DNA of 64,000 bases. Origin: Carcharhinus longimanus (Eukaryota). The stretch covers positions 77,653,983 through 77,717,982 of the forward strand of contig JASCQW010000043.1 of the NCBI GenBank assembly GCA_030264375.1. The letters are read 5' to 3'. Under the pieces are notes generated by a model. The model was given only the letters and a program-made list of their open reading frames with translations. It searched no databases and had not been told where the DNA came from. A program made the translations under genes and the position numbers. Each line of letters begins with the position of its first letter. Positions within the stretch are counted from its first letter, which is position 1. Of the stretch, positions 37,005 through 50,539 are shown piece by piece.

Positions 37005-38400
37005 AGATGCTGGAGCAGCATATTATCACAAAAGAGCTAGTGTTGGGCAAGTTAATGGGGCTAAAGGTAGACAAGTCTCCTGGTCCTGATGTAATGCATC
37101 CCAGCGTACTAAAAGAGATGGGGGAGAAAGAGCAAATGCACCGAGTGGTAATTTACCAAAATTCGCCGGTCTCTGTGGTGGTTCCCGGAGATTGGAAAAC
37201 AGCAAACGTGACGCCACTGTTTAAAAAAGTGGGCAGACAAAAGACAGATAACGATAGGCTGGTGAGCTTAACTTCTGTAGTAGGGAAAACGCTTGAACCT
37301 ATCATCGAGGAAGAAATAGAAAGACATCTGGATATAAATTGTCCCATTGGGAAGATGCAGCATGGGTTCATGAAGGGCAAGTCATGTTTGACTAATTTGG
37401 TGGAATTCTTTGAGAACATTACATGTGCAATGGACAATGGTGAACCTGTGGATGTGGTGTATCTGGATTTCCAGAAGGAATTTGACAAGGTGCCGCACCA
37501 AAGATTGCAACGTAAGATAAAGGTGCATGATGTTACGTGCAATGTATTAGCATAGATAGAGGATTGGTTGACTAACAGAAAGCAAAGAGTGGGGGTAAAT
37601 GGGTGTTTTTCTGGTTGGCGATCAGTGACAAGTGGCGTGCCTCAGAGATCAGTGTTGGGACTGCAATTATTTACAATTTACATAATTGTCCTTGTGCAAG
37701 AATCTCAAGGAGTTTGGTTTGCAGGTGCAGCAGGTAATTAAGAAGGCAAATGGAATTTTGTTCTTCATTGCTTCAGGGATGGAGTTTAAAAACAGCAAGA
37801 TTATTTTGCAGCTGTATAAGGTGCTGGTGAGGTCACACCTGAAGTACTGTGTACAGTTTTTGTCTTCTTATTTGAGAAAGGATATACTGGCACGGGAGGG
37901 GATGTATAGGAGATTCACTAGGTTGATTCCAGAATTGAGAGGGTTGGCCGATGAGGAGAGACTGAGTAGACTGGGGCTATACTCATTGGAATTCTGAAGA
38001 ATGAGGGGAGATCTTATCGAAAGATCTCGTATAAGATTATGAAGGCATTAGATAAGAACGAAGAAGGGAAGCTGTTTCCACTGGTGGGTGAAACTAAAAT
38101 TAGGGAGCATAGCCTCAAAATAAGGGGAAGCAGATTTAGAACTTGAATTGAGGAGGAACTTCTTCACACAAAGGGTTGTGAATCTGTGGAATTCCCTGCC
38201 CAGTGAAGCAGTTGAGACTACCTCATTGAATGTTTTTAAGGCAAGGATGGATAAATGTTTGAACAGTAAAGGAATTAAGGGTTATGGCGAGCAGGTGGGT
38301 AAGTGGAGCTGAGTCCAGGAAAAGATCAGCCATGATCTTTTTGAATGGCAGAGCAGGCTCAAGGTGCCAGGTGGCCTACTTCTGCTCCCAGTTCTTATGT
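37005..38400 (+). mobile_element. 5'-truncated CR1 LINE (RT to 3' tail) with an internal deletion
   Basis: KSPGPD, DWKTANVTPLFKK, QHGFMKGKSCLTNL, VDVVYLDFQKEFDKVPH; tail ggcctacttctgctcccagttcttatgttc. Confidence 0.92.
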
Positions 38401-38814
38401 TCATGCCTGAAACAGGCAATAGTCTCAGGAGGTATATTTAAATCGGAATTCTAAGATGTATTTTAGGATTTTCAGTGTGACTTTTCACCAGATGCAGTTG
38501 TATGTAGAACAGACAAACCTGTAATCCTTAAGGCACTGTTTAGACTATTCCAAAAACATATTTTTTTTGTGGGATCAGGAGAGCATGAAAACCTTTTTCC
38601 TGCAATTGTCTTCCCACCCTCACACTCGCAAACACGCCCCCCGCCCCCCCAACTTTCCCCCGATTTAAGGTGTCCTACCTAGGCTGCTTGATGGAGTTGT
38701 CAAATTTCTCCCAGACACCCTCCTCCCCACCTTCCCTGCTGACTACCACCTCCACACTGTACGGGCAAGTTGCCTGTCAGCTTTTGCTGGCAGTTCAGTG
38801 ATTTTATAATGATA

Positions 38815-38945
38815 AATTCAGTTGGTAGCACATTCACCTCTAAATCACAAGAATCCTGGTTCAAATCCCACTGCAGGGCTTGAGCACAAAAATCAAGGTT
38901 GACAGTCTGAGGGAGCACTGCACTGCTGCACACTGTAATCCATTT
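38815..38945 (+). mobile_element. DeuSINE (SacSINE1-like) head
   Basis: cagttggtagcac...ggttcaaatcccactgcagggcttgagcacaaaaatcaagg. Confidence 0.65.
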
Positions 38946-38956
38946 CATTCTCTAAG

Positions 38957-39250
38957 AGCGGCACAGTGGTACAGTGGCTAGCACGGCTGCCTCACAGTAC
39001 CAGGGACCCTGATTCGATTCCTGGCTTATGTCACTGTTTGTGTGGAGTTTGCACATTCTCCCTGTATCTGCCTGAGTTTCCTCTGGTTTCCCCCCCACAA
39101 TCCAAAGATGTGCTGGTTAGGTGAATTAGTCATGATAAATTTTCCCTCAGTGTACCTGAACAGGTGCCAGAGTGTGGTGACTAGGAGATTTTCACAGTGA
39201 CTTCATTACAGTGTGAATGTAAGCCTACTTGTGACTAATAAATAAACTTT
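38957..39250 (+). mobile_element. V-SINE with a variant tail
   Basis: Head and V-domain; tail ...gtaagcctacttgtgactaataaataaac. Confidence 0.85.
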
Positions 39251-39608
39251 AACTTTCTCAGTAATTCTGCTCAATTAGCATCCTGAGTTTGACTCTTCTC
39301 TGTCTTACTGGGAGTCACAACCAATGACACCAAGGCCAAAATAAATAGTCAAATTCCCATGGCAGCCACTGATTTGAACAATATTAATATTAAATATATA
39401 AATATATAGTCCACAGCAGTAGTGACATAAGGCCACGTGATTACAGAGCATGGTGAAAGAGGTAGTTCCAGAGTCTGCCTTGTAAATAGTTGACATAATG
39501 TTCAATTAGTTTGTTAACAATATTGCCACTAGAATTGTCTCCAAGTCCAGGACTGTGACCAGCACACCTAACACCAAAAACAATAACAGAATGGCCATTT
39601 CCAAAAAG

Positions 39609-39741
39609 CTTTGATAAAGGGTCGCCTGGACTTGAAACATCAGCTCGTTTCTCTCTTTAAAGATGCTGCCAGACCTGCTGAGATTTTCCAGCATTTTCTC
39701 TTTTGGTTTCAGATTCTAGCATCCACAGTAATTTGCTTTTA
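39609..39741 (+). mobile_element. Penelope-like terminal fragment (second family)
   Basis: Same sequence family as 28367-28505. Confidence 0.7.
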
Positions 39742-40342
39742 TTCATTGTATGCCTACTTGTGGCATTAATAAATAAACTTAAATCTTAGATGAGAAGTGT
39801 ATAAAGTAATGCAAAGAAGTTGACATTCAACTGATAAAAGACAAAATTACGAGAGTGATGCGGCACAGATGAAATAGGGCACACTATTATACATTATGGG
39901 TGAATTGATGGGTTAGGAAGAAGTGCGATGCTAACCCAGGAGGACATTATAAGTAAAACATAAATGAGACTCCTTAATGTCCTACTCTGTTGGAACAGTC
40001 AAAATGATAAACTGATAGGCATTGTAGCAAGAGGGAAACTTTCTTGATAGAGGACTGTTTTGAAAGTCTTTATAATTTTATGAAGAAGGAAGAAGCGAAC
40101 ATTTAAAATCCAATCTTTTACTGTAATGAGTTATTATTGAACAGAATTAATATTCTGGACTGCTTTAATTTTCAGCATTTAATCAAAACTGATGGTTGCC
40201 AAGAGACAAGTCACCACTTTTAAGTCCAATAAGTCGCTAAAAGTGCATTGCATACATTATGGAATGTCGCAGTTGCTAAAGCAGGGGGTTCGCCCTCAAC
40301 ATTTTCTATTGTTAGCTGACATTTCCATGAAGGTTCAGTGGA

Positions 40343-40622
40343 AGTGGTTAGCATTGCTGCCTCACAGCGCCAGAAATCCAGGTTAATTCTGACTTTGGGT
40401 TTGCACTTTTTCTCTGTGTCCGTGTGGGTTTTCTCCAGGCACGCTGGTTTCCTTCCACACTCAAGCCGTATGGGTTAGGTTGATTGGCCATGCTAAATTG
40501 TGCCTTAGTGTCAGGGGGATTAGCAGGGTAAATATGTGGGGTTATGGGGATAGGGCCTGGGTTTGTTGTTGGTGCAGGCTTGATGGACCAAATGGCCTCA
40601 TCCTGTACTGTAGGGATTCTAT
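40343..40622 (+). mobile_element. V-SINE (HE1-like)
   Basis: Head, partly deleted V-domain and tail. Confidence 0.82.
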
Positions 40623-40904
40623 GCCTGATCATAGTCATTAATGTGGCTTGGTTAAACTGAGGAACTTCAGCAAGAAATCAATTCTCTTTGTGGAAGTCAT
40701 TCCCAAGAAAGCCAAGTCTGATTGATACCTCTATCAGTTTTCTGCATGGCATGAATTTAATGGTTTGAAATTGGAGATCTGGGGACTCAGGAGAACTTGG
40801 TGGCAGGCAAAGAAATTGAAAACTGTCTCGAGCTTTAATGTTCGTCATGGCTACTTATCCAGTAAAGTTCTGCACTCAGACTGGCATTTAGATATTGTAA
40901 TAAC

Positions 40905-41550
40905 AGATTGTATTTATATAGCACTTTCAACGTAGTAAAACATAGAGGCATTTCACAGGAGCATTGTCAAACAAAATTTGATACAAAGCTATATAATAAT
41001 AAGTTGCACAAATGACCAAAAACTTAGTCAGAGAATTGGGTCTAAGGAATATTTTAACAAAGGAAGAGAGGGAGAGAGTTCGAGGGAGGGAAGAGTAGTT
41101 CTTGACAACTAAGATCATAGCCACTAGTTAAAAACAGAGTACAGGTGGGGGGTTGTGAAGCTGGAGGAGATCACAGGAGGTAGGGAGGGTGAAACCATGT
41201 GGGGATTTGAAAACATGGGTGACATGTTCAAAGTCAAGGTGTGGCTTAATCAGGAGCTGATGCAGTTGAGCAAGAACAGGGGTGATGGGCAAACTAGATT
41301 TGTTGTGAGGCAGGAGAGGGACAGCAGAATTTTTGAATGAGCTGAAGTTCACAGAGGGGAGAAGGTGGAAGGCTGCCCAAGGGTACATGAGAATAGTCAG
41401 ATACAGAGCTAACAAAGGCAGGACCAGGGTTTCAGCATCAGATAAGCTAAGGCAGGGGTGGAGTCAGGTGATGTTAAGAAATTGAAAGTTGACAGTCTTA
41501 GCAGTGGCCAAAAACTCAACTTGGGACTAAATATAACACCAAGGTTGCAA
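40905..41550 (-). mobile_element. L2 LINE 3' fragment
   Basis: ttgtatttatatagcac tail; minus-strand PITPVLAQLHQL and NLGVIF motifs. Confidence 0.75.
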
Positions 41551-41617
41551 GCGGTGAAATATAAACTTAAAGTCTGTGTATGAAGGGTTCTATGGCATTC
41601 TTTTGAATGAAGAATAC

Positions 41618-42030
41618 TGATTTGATTTATTATTGTCACACATATTTGTATACAGTGAAAAGTATTGTTTCTTGTGCGGTATACAGACAAAGCATACCAT
41701 ACATAAGGAAAGAAAGGAGGAAGTGCAGGATATAGTCTTACAGTTATAGCTGGGGTGTACAGAAAGATTAACTTAATGTAAGATAGGTCCATTCAAAAGT
41801 CTGATGGCAGCAGGGAAGAAGCTCTTTTTGAGTTGGTTGATATGCGTCCTCAGACTTTTGTATCGTTTTCTCAGCAGAAGAAAATGGAAGACAGCATGTT
41901 CAGGGTGTGTGGGGTCCTTGATTATGCCGGCTGCTTTTCCAAGGCAACGGGAAGTGTAGATGGGGTCAATGGATGGAAGACTGATTTGCGTGATAAACTA
42001 GGCTTCGTTCATGACCCTTTGTAGCTTCTT
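41618..42030 (-). mobile_element. Rex1/Babar 3' fragment
   Basis: Reverse complement of the 3' region at 3240-3610. Confidence 0.85.
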
Positions 42031-42154
42031 GCAATCTAATTGCGATCTAATGCAAGTCACATTGCCTGTTGAAAATTTTATAGATGGAGTAACACTTGTT
42101 TCGATATAGGACAAAGTCATCTCAGATAAGACTAATTTGACACATGTTTACATG

Positions 42155-42905
42155 TCAGCTGTGACTGAGTTGGTAGCACTGTTGCTTCTGATTTGCAAGA
42201 ATCTGGGGCTTGAGCACTACAATCAAGGCTAACAATCAAGGTTTTCATGGTGGCACAGTAGTTAGTACTGCTGCCTCACAGTGCCAGGGACCCAGGTTCG
42301 ATTCATGGCTTGGGTCACTATCTATGCAGAATCTGCATGTTCTATCGACATCTGCGTAAGTTTCCTCCGGGTGCTCCAGTTTCCTCCTGCAGTCTGAAAG
42401 ACCTGCTGGTTAGGCGCATTGGCCGTGCTAAATTCTCCCTCAGTGTACCCGAATGGATGCCGGAGTGTGGCGACTAGGGCATTTTCACAGTAGCTTCATT
42501 GCAGTGTGAATGTAAGCTTTACCTATGACACTCAGAAATAAACTTTAAAACCAAAAAAAACACTCCAGTGCAGTATTTCGGAAGTGCTGCAATCTCAGGA
42601 GTGCTGTTTTTTGGATGAGCTCTTAAACTGAGGCCTTATCTGCCTGGTTGGATGGATGTAAAAGAAATCCTCTGACAATATTTTGACAGTAGAGGCGATG
42701 TCCCTGATGCCCTGGCCAGTACTCATCCTTCATCGCACAAACAGATTATTTGGCCATTAGCATATTGCTGTTTGTGGGAGTTTGCTGCGTGTAAATTGGC
42801 TGTCACATTACAAGAGAGATTACACATCAAAAAAAGATAATCATTTAGTTGTAAAGTGCTTTGAGACATCCGGTGGTTCTGAAAAAAATAACATAAACAC
42901 AAACC
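42155..42905 (+). mobile_element. DeuSINE (SacSINE1-like) with a V-SINE nested at 42246-42546
   Basis: tRNA-like head and Deu-domain (acagattatttggccatt...gctgtttgtgggagtttgctgcgtgtaaattggctg). Confidence 0.8.
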
Positions 42906-43406
42906 TTTCTTTTAAATCATCATGCAATCTTCACATGCTCTGAAACTATGTGGCTGGTGTGTTACCACCGATCACACCAGCAGGGTTTTCCCATCCCACT
43001 GCAATGAATAGAGGTTTGGCTGGGCACAAAATTCTCCTACCTCGCTGCAGTGGGAGTGTGGCGTGAACGGCTGGTAAGATCGTGCCCGCAGTCTTTGGGC
43101 TAATCATTTTGTGAAGTTGATTTATATTGAATTGAAAAGAAAAATGTGTAGACCCTTGTCTCTGACATCATAGTTAAAAGCAATCAGATGTACCCATAAG
43201 AAGTCTATACTTTGATGTTTCTTTTGATGGAAGTCAACAATGATTACAAGCATAATTAAGCAACAAGTAAGATTTTTTTTTATTATTCATTCATAGGAAT
43301 TGGTGTTGTTGGCTTGGCCAGCAGTTATTGAACATCCCTTGTTGCCCTTGGATTGATACAACTCATGGCTGGCTTGGCCAATTCAAAGGGCAATTGAGAT
43401 GTCAAC

Positions 43407-44008
43407 TGTTATGGTTCAGGTCAGAAACTCCAAAGTGTTTTATGGAACTCACCTGAATCAGAAGTTTTCCACCTGAACTTTGACTCGGATAAGCATGATA
43501 TGGTTTACCTCAGATATGATTCAAATGACCACTTGGGAGCTTTTGCCAAACAAAGTTTATTTAAGAATATAGTTAACGGGTATGGAAAGAAAATTAGCAA
43601 TACTTTTATCAATCACAAACAAAAACTAAACAACCACGATAATGTATAACCTTTAACAAATATATCTAAGATGTTCCAATCAAACAAAACCCCCCATAAA
43701 CAACAAAAAAATTTCCACAGGTTTAACACAGCAAAGACTAATTTTCACGTGATACTGGAACTGAGTCCTTTGGTTGCAGAATTGAAATCCTGACTTCTCA
43801 GCCTATAACTTCTAGCAGCCCTCTGGATATCTTCAGAAGAGTTTGAAGACAGAACAGCTTCCCAGGATACCAAGGAGAGACTCTTGTTGAGCCACTAAAG
43901 CAGATTCTCCAGTCCAGGAAAACAAGAAGCTTTGCTTTCAGCCAACCAGCAGAATTTCCAAAACCAAGGAGAGAGAGAACGAAAAACACCTCTTTTAGTC
44001 TGATGTCC
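43407..44008 (-). mobile_element. LTR-like sequence (probable solo LTR), truncated by a CR1 tail and a gap
   Basis: Starts TGTTATGG inside a LINE-tail fragment; AATAAA on the minus strand. Confidence 0.45.
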
Positions 44009-45039
44009 ATAAGAACATAAGAACATAAGAAATAGGAGCAGGAGTAGGCCATCTAGCCCTTCAAGCCTGCTCCACCATTCAATNNNNNNNNNNNNNNNNN
44101 NNNNNNNNNNNNNNNNNNNNNNNNNNNNNNNNNNNNNNNNNNNNNNNNNNNNNNNNNNNNNNNNNNNNNNNNNNNNNNNNNNNAGTAGCGTTAGTGGGTT
44201 TTCTTAACTTTAGCATCTGCATTAAGGGACCAGAACAGGTTGTTGTGATTTGGACACCTAAAAACTGTTATATATTTAAATAGTTGCATAATTGCTTTAT
44301 GAGCTGGTCACATGACTTGATGGTGATGTCACTGGTGTGTTTCAAGGCTCCCATTCAGTTTCAGCTTCTACTCTGTACATGTAGCAGATCCTACAATATA
44401 TATTTGTTGTTAATTTGAATCTATGGGTGGGATTTTACCGCCACTTTATGCCCATTCTGTGGCAGGAAAATGCTGAAAAGTGGCTAGCGTGAATAGTGCC
44501 AGCCTTTGTGACCAGCGGGATTTAACGGCAGCCTGATTTCTGGCACCGTCAGCCTCTCACTAGAAATGGATGTGAGACTAGTTAACTTACTTAAATTTAT
44601 TTTAATGTTCATTTTAATGTTTTTAGCAAGCCTGGCACCCAATCGTCAGGACAATATAGTGACTTTTATAGAAATTAGTGAATACAACAAAAATCAAGGA
44701 ACTACCTATTTGAATTCCTGAGGTGCACTGAAAAGCTTCAGACTGGAATATCAGACCAGGAGTAGGCCATTCAGCCCATCGAGCCTCCTGTGCCATTCAT
44801 GGCTCATCATCCACTTCAATGTTTTTTATCCACACTATCCCCATATCATTTCACATGGCTCATACTTGAAATCTGTCAATCACCATTTCAAACACTCAGT
44901 GACCGAGCTTCCATAACGCATTGGAGTAGAGAATCTCAAAGATTCACAATCCTCGGAGCAAAAAAAAATTTCCTTATCTTGGTCACACTTATAATTCTAG
45001 ATATTTATATGTAGAGGATGAACAATTGTGACGGCTTTC

Positions 45040-45445
45040 AGAAAATATTTTGTTGTTTTTCACAATCTTCAGATGTTTCAAAACATGTTACAGCCAGTGA
45101 GGTACTTTTTGAAGTGTATTCACAAAGTAGGAAACACAACAGCCAATTTTAGCACAGCAAACTCCCACAAACAACAATGCGATGATCAGAAGATCTGTTT
45201 CTTTGATGTCCACTGGTCAGCACACCAAGGAGAACACTCCTTTCTTTTCTTTGAAATAGTGCCATTGGATTGCTTTCACCCAGGCAGGTAGATGGAACCT
45301 TTGCTTAATGCCTCACCTGAAAGTCAGAACCTGTAACAGTGCAGCACTGCCTCAATACTGCACTGGAGTGTTAGTCTTGATTTTAGTGCCTGAGCCTTAG
45401 AATCTGAAATCTGGTGACTCAGAAATGAGAGTGCTACCCACTAAC
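45040..45445 (-). mobile_element. DeuSINE (SacSINE1-like)
   Basis: Reverse-complement Deu-domain and head. Confidence 0.78.
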
Positions 45446-45477
45446 CCTTTTTTCACAATTTCTTTTATTCATTTATT

Positions 45478-45890
45478 AGGTCAGCATTTATTGCTCATCC
45501 TTAGTTGCCCTTTAGAAGGTGGTGGTGAGCTGCTTTCTTGAACCACTTCAATCCCTGAGGTAGGTACACCCTCAGTGCTGTTAGAGGGGGAATTGCATGA
45601 TTTTGGTACAGCGACACTGAAGGGATGGCAATACATTTCCAAATCAGGATGGTGAGTGACTTAGAGGGCAACTTCCAGGTGGTGGTGTTCCCAGGTATTT
45701 GCTGCTCTTGTCTTAAATGGCAGTTTGGAAAGTGCTGCTTGAGAAGCCTTGGTGAGTTTGTGCAGTGCAACTTGTAGATGGTACACTGCTGCTACTGTGT
45801 CGGTGGTGGAGGGGGTGAATGTTTGTGGAATGGGTACCAATCAAGTGGGCTGAATTGTCTTGGACGGTGTCAAGCTTCTTGAGTGCTGGC
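45478..45890 (-). mobile_element. CR1/L2-group LINE 3' fragment
   Basis: Reverse complement of the 12668-13490 family. Confidence 0.78.
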
Positions 45891-48509
45891 ACAATAGATA
45901 AATACGGGAAACCTGCTTTTTTGATGCTAATGTATTGGAGATCCAGGTGCTGATACTCTAAGGAGGGTAGCCTTATTTTGGAGTTAAGGCCATCTTAATT
46001 AAAAAAATCAAAAGGAGTAAGTTGCAAGGGGAAAAGTCACTTACAAATCAATGCAGTCACACAGCCCCTCATACTCATTTGCAAATGAGTAAAATAATTG
46101 ATTTTAATAGGAAAAAGGCAAAGGTGAATGCCTATTTCTTGTAGGGCCTATGAGGCTAGCATGAGTCAGTAACTGCTCTGTCCTCTGAGTGGCAATATTT
46201 AACCCAGTGCATGCAACCACAGCCGTTCCCTAGCACTCTCTTTCTTCACTACTGCCCAAATTGAGTTTCACTCTCAAATTTTTTAATCCAAAAATCAAAA
46301 AGTGATGCCTTTCTGTACAAGCTATAGACCAACTGTAGAACTGGTTATAAAGGGTCGATAATATTGACAGTCAGGGGGTGGCAAGAGAGCTACAAAATTC
46401 AACAAGGCCCTGATGTGATAATTTTTGGAACTTTAGTGAAGTATATGTTGTTCATCAGTACAGCCTCAGCAATGCAATTGTTTGTCCTAGACATGGAAGA
46501 GGTCCATTGAGAATGTGCTCCGTGCAACATAGAGAGCCTACAGCTGCCAGGGAAAAATTGGCACTCATATAAAGATGCAATCTAGCTCAACAAATATGAC
46601 CCCATAGTTGACTAGCCTGGCACTTACTATCAAGACACACACGTGAATAATTTCCATTTGAATGAGATAGCAGGTGCTGCCTGCTATAAAACAGAGTCCA
46701 AGGAGGGGAAATAGAAGAAAGTGTGTGGAGAAAGCAGAAAGCATCCAAAAGTACAGTTTCCCAGGCCTTCTATTGAATGGGTATCATATTAAAATAAAAT
46801 TGTGTGCAATAATGCAGTGTATACATTTCTAGGCAATTGTCTTTGCATAATTGAATAAGACTTGTTATTGTGGCAAAGAGCCACACAGATTAAACAAGAA
46901 CACATGTTCAGTGCCACTGTCACTAAGAAGAAGCAATTAGAGAGTTGCAGATCCCTGCTGATATTCAGATCTAAAGTAAACAGCGATTTCAGTGTCTCTG
47001 CCACTGAGAGGCCCTTGTAGATGACTTATGCTGTGTGTTCACGGAGGCATATCTTGAAGGGTTGTGAACAGTGAAGATGAGATTATGCAAGAGATTCTCA
47101 GGGAGAAAGGCAACAGGAAGTAGTTGTGCATTCTAAGAATCGTTGCAACATCATTTCACGTATTTCGCAGCCATAGATTTCCCAACTCTCCCAGAATGAT
47201 ATTTAATTTCCCAGAATCAGTGGTTTCTTCCCTCAGCTGAACTCAGGGGAGGGCCAATGAAATTGGGTATTGATAATGAGGGGGAGGCCTGAAATTAGGG
47301 GTTCAAGAGTGGGGAAGAGAAAGAGACTGGTGGATTAAGGGAAGATTTGGGAATAGGGATCAGACAGAAAGATAGATATTGGGGATGGGGCGGTGCTCAA
47401 ATTAATGGGAAATTAAGGGATGGAATTGTGGAAGCTGTTCCTTCACTGTCACTGGGACAAAATCCTAGAACTCCCTTTCTAATGGCACTGTGGGTGTACC
47501 TACACCATATGAACTGTTGTGGTTCAAGAAGGTGGCTTATTATCACCTTTTCAAGGATAATTAATGATGGATAATAAATACTGGCCTAACCAGTGACATC
47601 ATATCCATTTTCTGTGAATGAATAAAAAAATGTTGTGATTAGTCACCACATGGTCAGATGTCACGTGGTCGGAATGCCATGAGACTTAACTTGCAGGAAC
47701 ACCTCCAACAAGAGTTGGCAACCTCAGCAGCCATTAATAGCTGAGAACTGCTGTAACATTTCTAATTTATGTTGTGAATTAAATATGAAAGATTATTTAC
47801 TAGATAGCTTACTGAATAGAAATGTACTTGGCCCAGGGGCTTACATTAAGCTAATAGGATTTTTTTTGAATCTGTAAAGAACTTGAAATGAACCAAGAAT
47901 AATCAACTAATCTCAAAGAACCAATTTATAGGAATGAGTCTGTGCTATTGATTCTTTCACAACATTATATTTTGTACAGATAGCAAACTGCACTTTTAAT
48001 AGAATATTGTATTTTGGATCCTTGATGCTTTCCAATCTGTTCTGGTATGAATAATTAACTTGCATTCATTGAAGACACCATGGGAGCAATCTTGTGCCCA
48101 CGCTGTCCACCATGAGAGCTCAGGATCCAGCAAAACCTGGAAATCTCAAGGATTGACCACGAGATAGCGATTTCCAATTTTTGGCGCCCCTCATTGGTGA
48201 CATAATCAGGTTCACATCAAAGTGGGCGAGAACCTGATTTACATTAATTTAAATATATTTTAATGTCATTAAATACCCCCTTTTGCTAGCTGTTCGCGCT
48301 TCACTAAATTTTTGTACCTCACCGACGTGGCGTCACGTCAGCTAGGTTTATAAGTTCACCCAGATGTGAGCTTGTTGTAGGAAACCCCCCCAGGGGGTGT
48401 GAAGGTGAGTATAGTTCCTAGGGAAGAGAGACATAGGTATTGACCTGGCAATGCCCCTCAGCAAGGTTGGCACTGCCTGGTTGGCATCATCCAACCTGTG
48501 CCAATAGAC

Positions 48510-48612
48510 AGTCACAGTAAGAAGTCTCACAACACCAGGTTAAAGTCTAACAGGCTTATTTGGTAGCAAAATCCACTAGCTTTCAGAGCATTGCTCCTTC
48601 GTCAGGTGGCTC
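48510..48612 (-). mobile_element. Penelope-like terminus
   Basis: Same family as 36545-36742. Confidence 0.78.
48573..48609 (-). ncRNA. Minimal type I hammerhead ribozyme motif (Penelope-associated, probably dimeric)
   Basis: CCAC-CUGACGA-A-GGAGC aau GCUCU-GAAA-GC-UA^GUGG. Stem I CCAC/GUGG is perfect, stem II is 5 bp, the core is intact, and helix III is palindromic AGCU. Confidence 0.65.
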
Positions 48613-48644
48613 AACTTCATGGGATGCACGTGGTACCTGCAAGG

Positions 48645-49255
48645 CCAGTATTTACCACCAATTTCACATGCCCTGAGAAGATGGTGGTGAGCTACCTTCT
48701 TGAACAGTGAGAGTCCTGAATTTTCCGGCTGCACAAGGCTGGAAATTCCCGCCCAAGGTCAATGGACTTTTGCACGGTCCAGCCTCACCCATTATGATTC
48801 CTGTGGCAGGTGGGATGAGAAAGTTCCATGCCACTTGGTGGTGTTTTGACACCACTATTAGGGAGGATGTTCCAGGATTTTGATTCAGTAATGGAGAAGG
48901 AATGGCAATCTATTTCCAAATCAGGATGTCGCGTGACTTGGAGGTGGTGGTGTTTCCATGATTTTGCTGCCCTCATCTTTCGAGAGATTGCAGGTTTGGG
49001 AAATGCTGATAAAGCCACAAAGGCAACTTGCTGCAGTGGATCTTGTAGCTGGTACACGCTGCATCGCAGCTCAACAGTGGTGGAGGATGTGCATATTTAA
49101 AAATGGGCTGCCAATCAAGCAGTTTGTGTTGTCCTGGATGGTGTCAAGCTTCTTGAATGTTGTTAGAGCTGCTCTCATCCAGGCAAATTGAGAGAATTCC
49201 TTCACGCTGCTGACTTATGCTGTAGCTGGTGGTCAGGCTATGGGGATTCAAGAGA
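48645..49255 (-). mobile_element. CR1/L2-group LINE 3' fragment with a small MITE at ~48714-48832
   Basis: Same family as 45478-45890. The MITE resembles 16760-16852. Confidence 0.7.
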
Positions 49256-50539
49256 TGACCGTCAAAATATCAACCAGTTAGCACTGAGCTTGTAACACAT
49301 CAACTGAGTGTCTTAACAGCCCTAACAATCATAATAAAAGCAGTTGTGTTTGCTGAAATAATTATAGATAGCAGGAGCAGAAAGAAGGGTTTGAATTTCT
49401 ATAGCATCTTTCACAATCTCAGAACACCTTTCCAGCAAACCATATACTTTTGAAATATAATCATTGCAACACAGAAAACTTCAGGCATTCTTCTTCTCCG
49501 GTACCTTGGTATCATCTCTACCACCCCAGATACAAATACAGCTCGAGAGATCACAATCTGATCAAGTAAAACTAAATAACCGTTATTGAGATATTCTCTG
49601 AAGGAATTAGAATGAAATGGAAGAGTTCAGTACCGTTGCTCTTTTTATCTGTTTGCCATCCAAAATCTTCAAAAGATTGGAGTCTGAACTGTCTTTTTAA
49701 GTACTGCACAGAAATGCTTTGCACAAACTACACAACAATAGGAATCCAAATAAACAGGCTCAGAAAGTTTGTGCATAACTCTCATTAGAGACTACTAACA
49801 GCCAGAACACGTTTTTAAAAGGGGCAACAATGGTCTAACTCATTTCAAGACTAGTTTATTTTTAACTTGGGTTACTAGCTCTCTGCTTGTCCGATTTTTT
49901 TACCCTTCTGTTTCCATCTTGGTGCTTGCGTTTTACTTTTCTTTCTCTAACTCGCATACTTCCCATTATTTCCTCTAGACCTCTTGCTGTTCAATCTATC
50001 CACGTAATTAATATAGTTCCCATAATGGATTGTTTCTAAAACCTGTATCCTGAACAGATTCAATGTCACTTCTTTGTATTTCTATTCAATGATTGTATTT
50101 AGAAAATGGAGAACCCCAGTTGCCTTTTTACTATCAATGCTGCCACTTTTATAAACAACACAATTAATTGCTGGGTATTATGTTTTCACTGTGTTCCTGT
50201 ACACTGTCTAGAACATCAGAACACACTTCATTTGTCCACTTTTTAAACTTTATTTACTTCATACTTGCTGAATGTTGTAATGGAAATAGACAATACCATG
50301 ACATGTTTGGTATGAAATAGCACTGCATGGAAAAATACAATTTTCAGTTCTTTGGACATTTACGGCTGCCTTTGACTGAGCAAGTTGAGTGTTTAATTTC
50401 TTACCTCTATAGTTGATGTGCCCTTTCTTTGTAAAGCTTTAAATTACACTTGCTATTATCTGTTGCATGTTAAATGAAAGATACTTTCTCTCCTGTTTCT
50501 TTTGGTACATTTTCAGGTACACAGATATACTCATGAAAA

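Noticed and set aside
37007-37555. 182-aa ORFs (also 2082-2630) as host genes
   Set aside because: They are CR1 and Rex1 reverse-transcriptase fragments bounded by stops and frameshifts.
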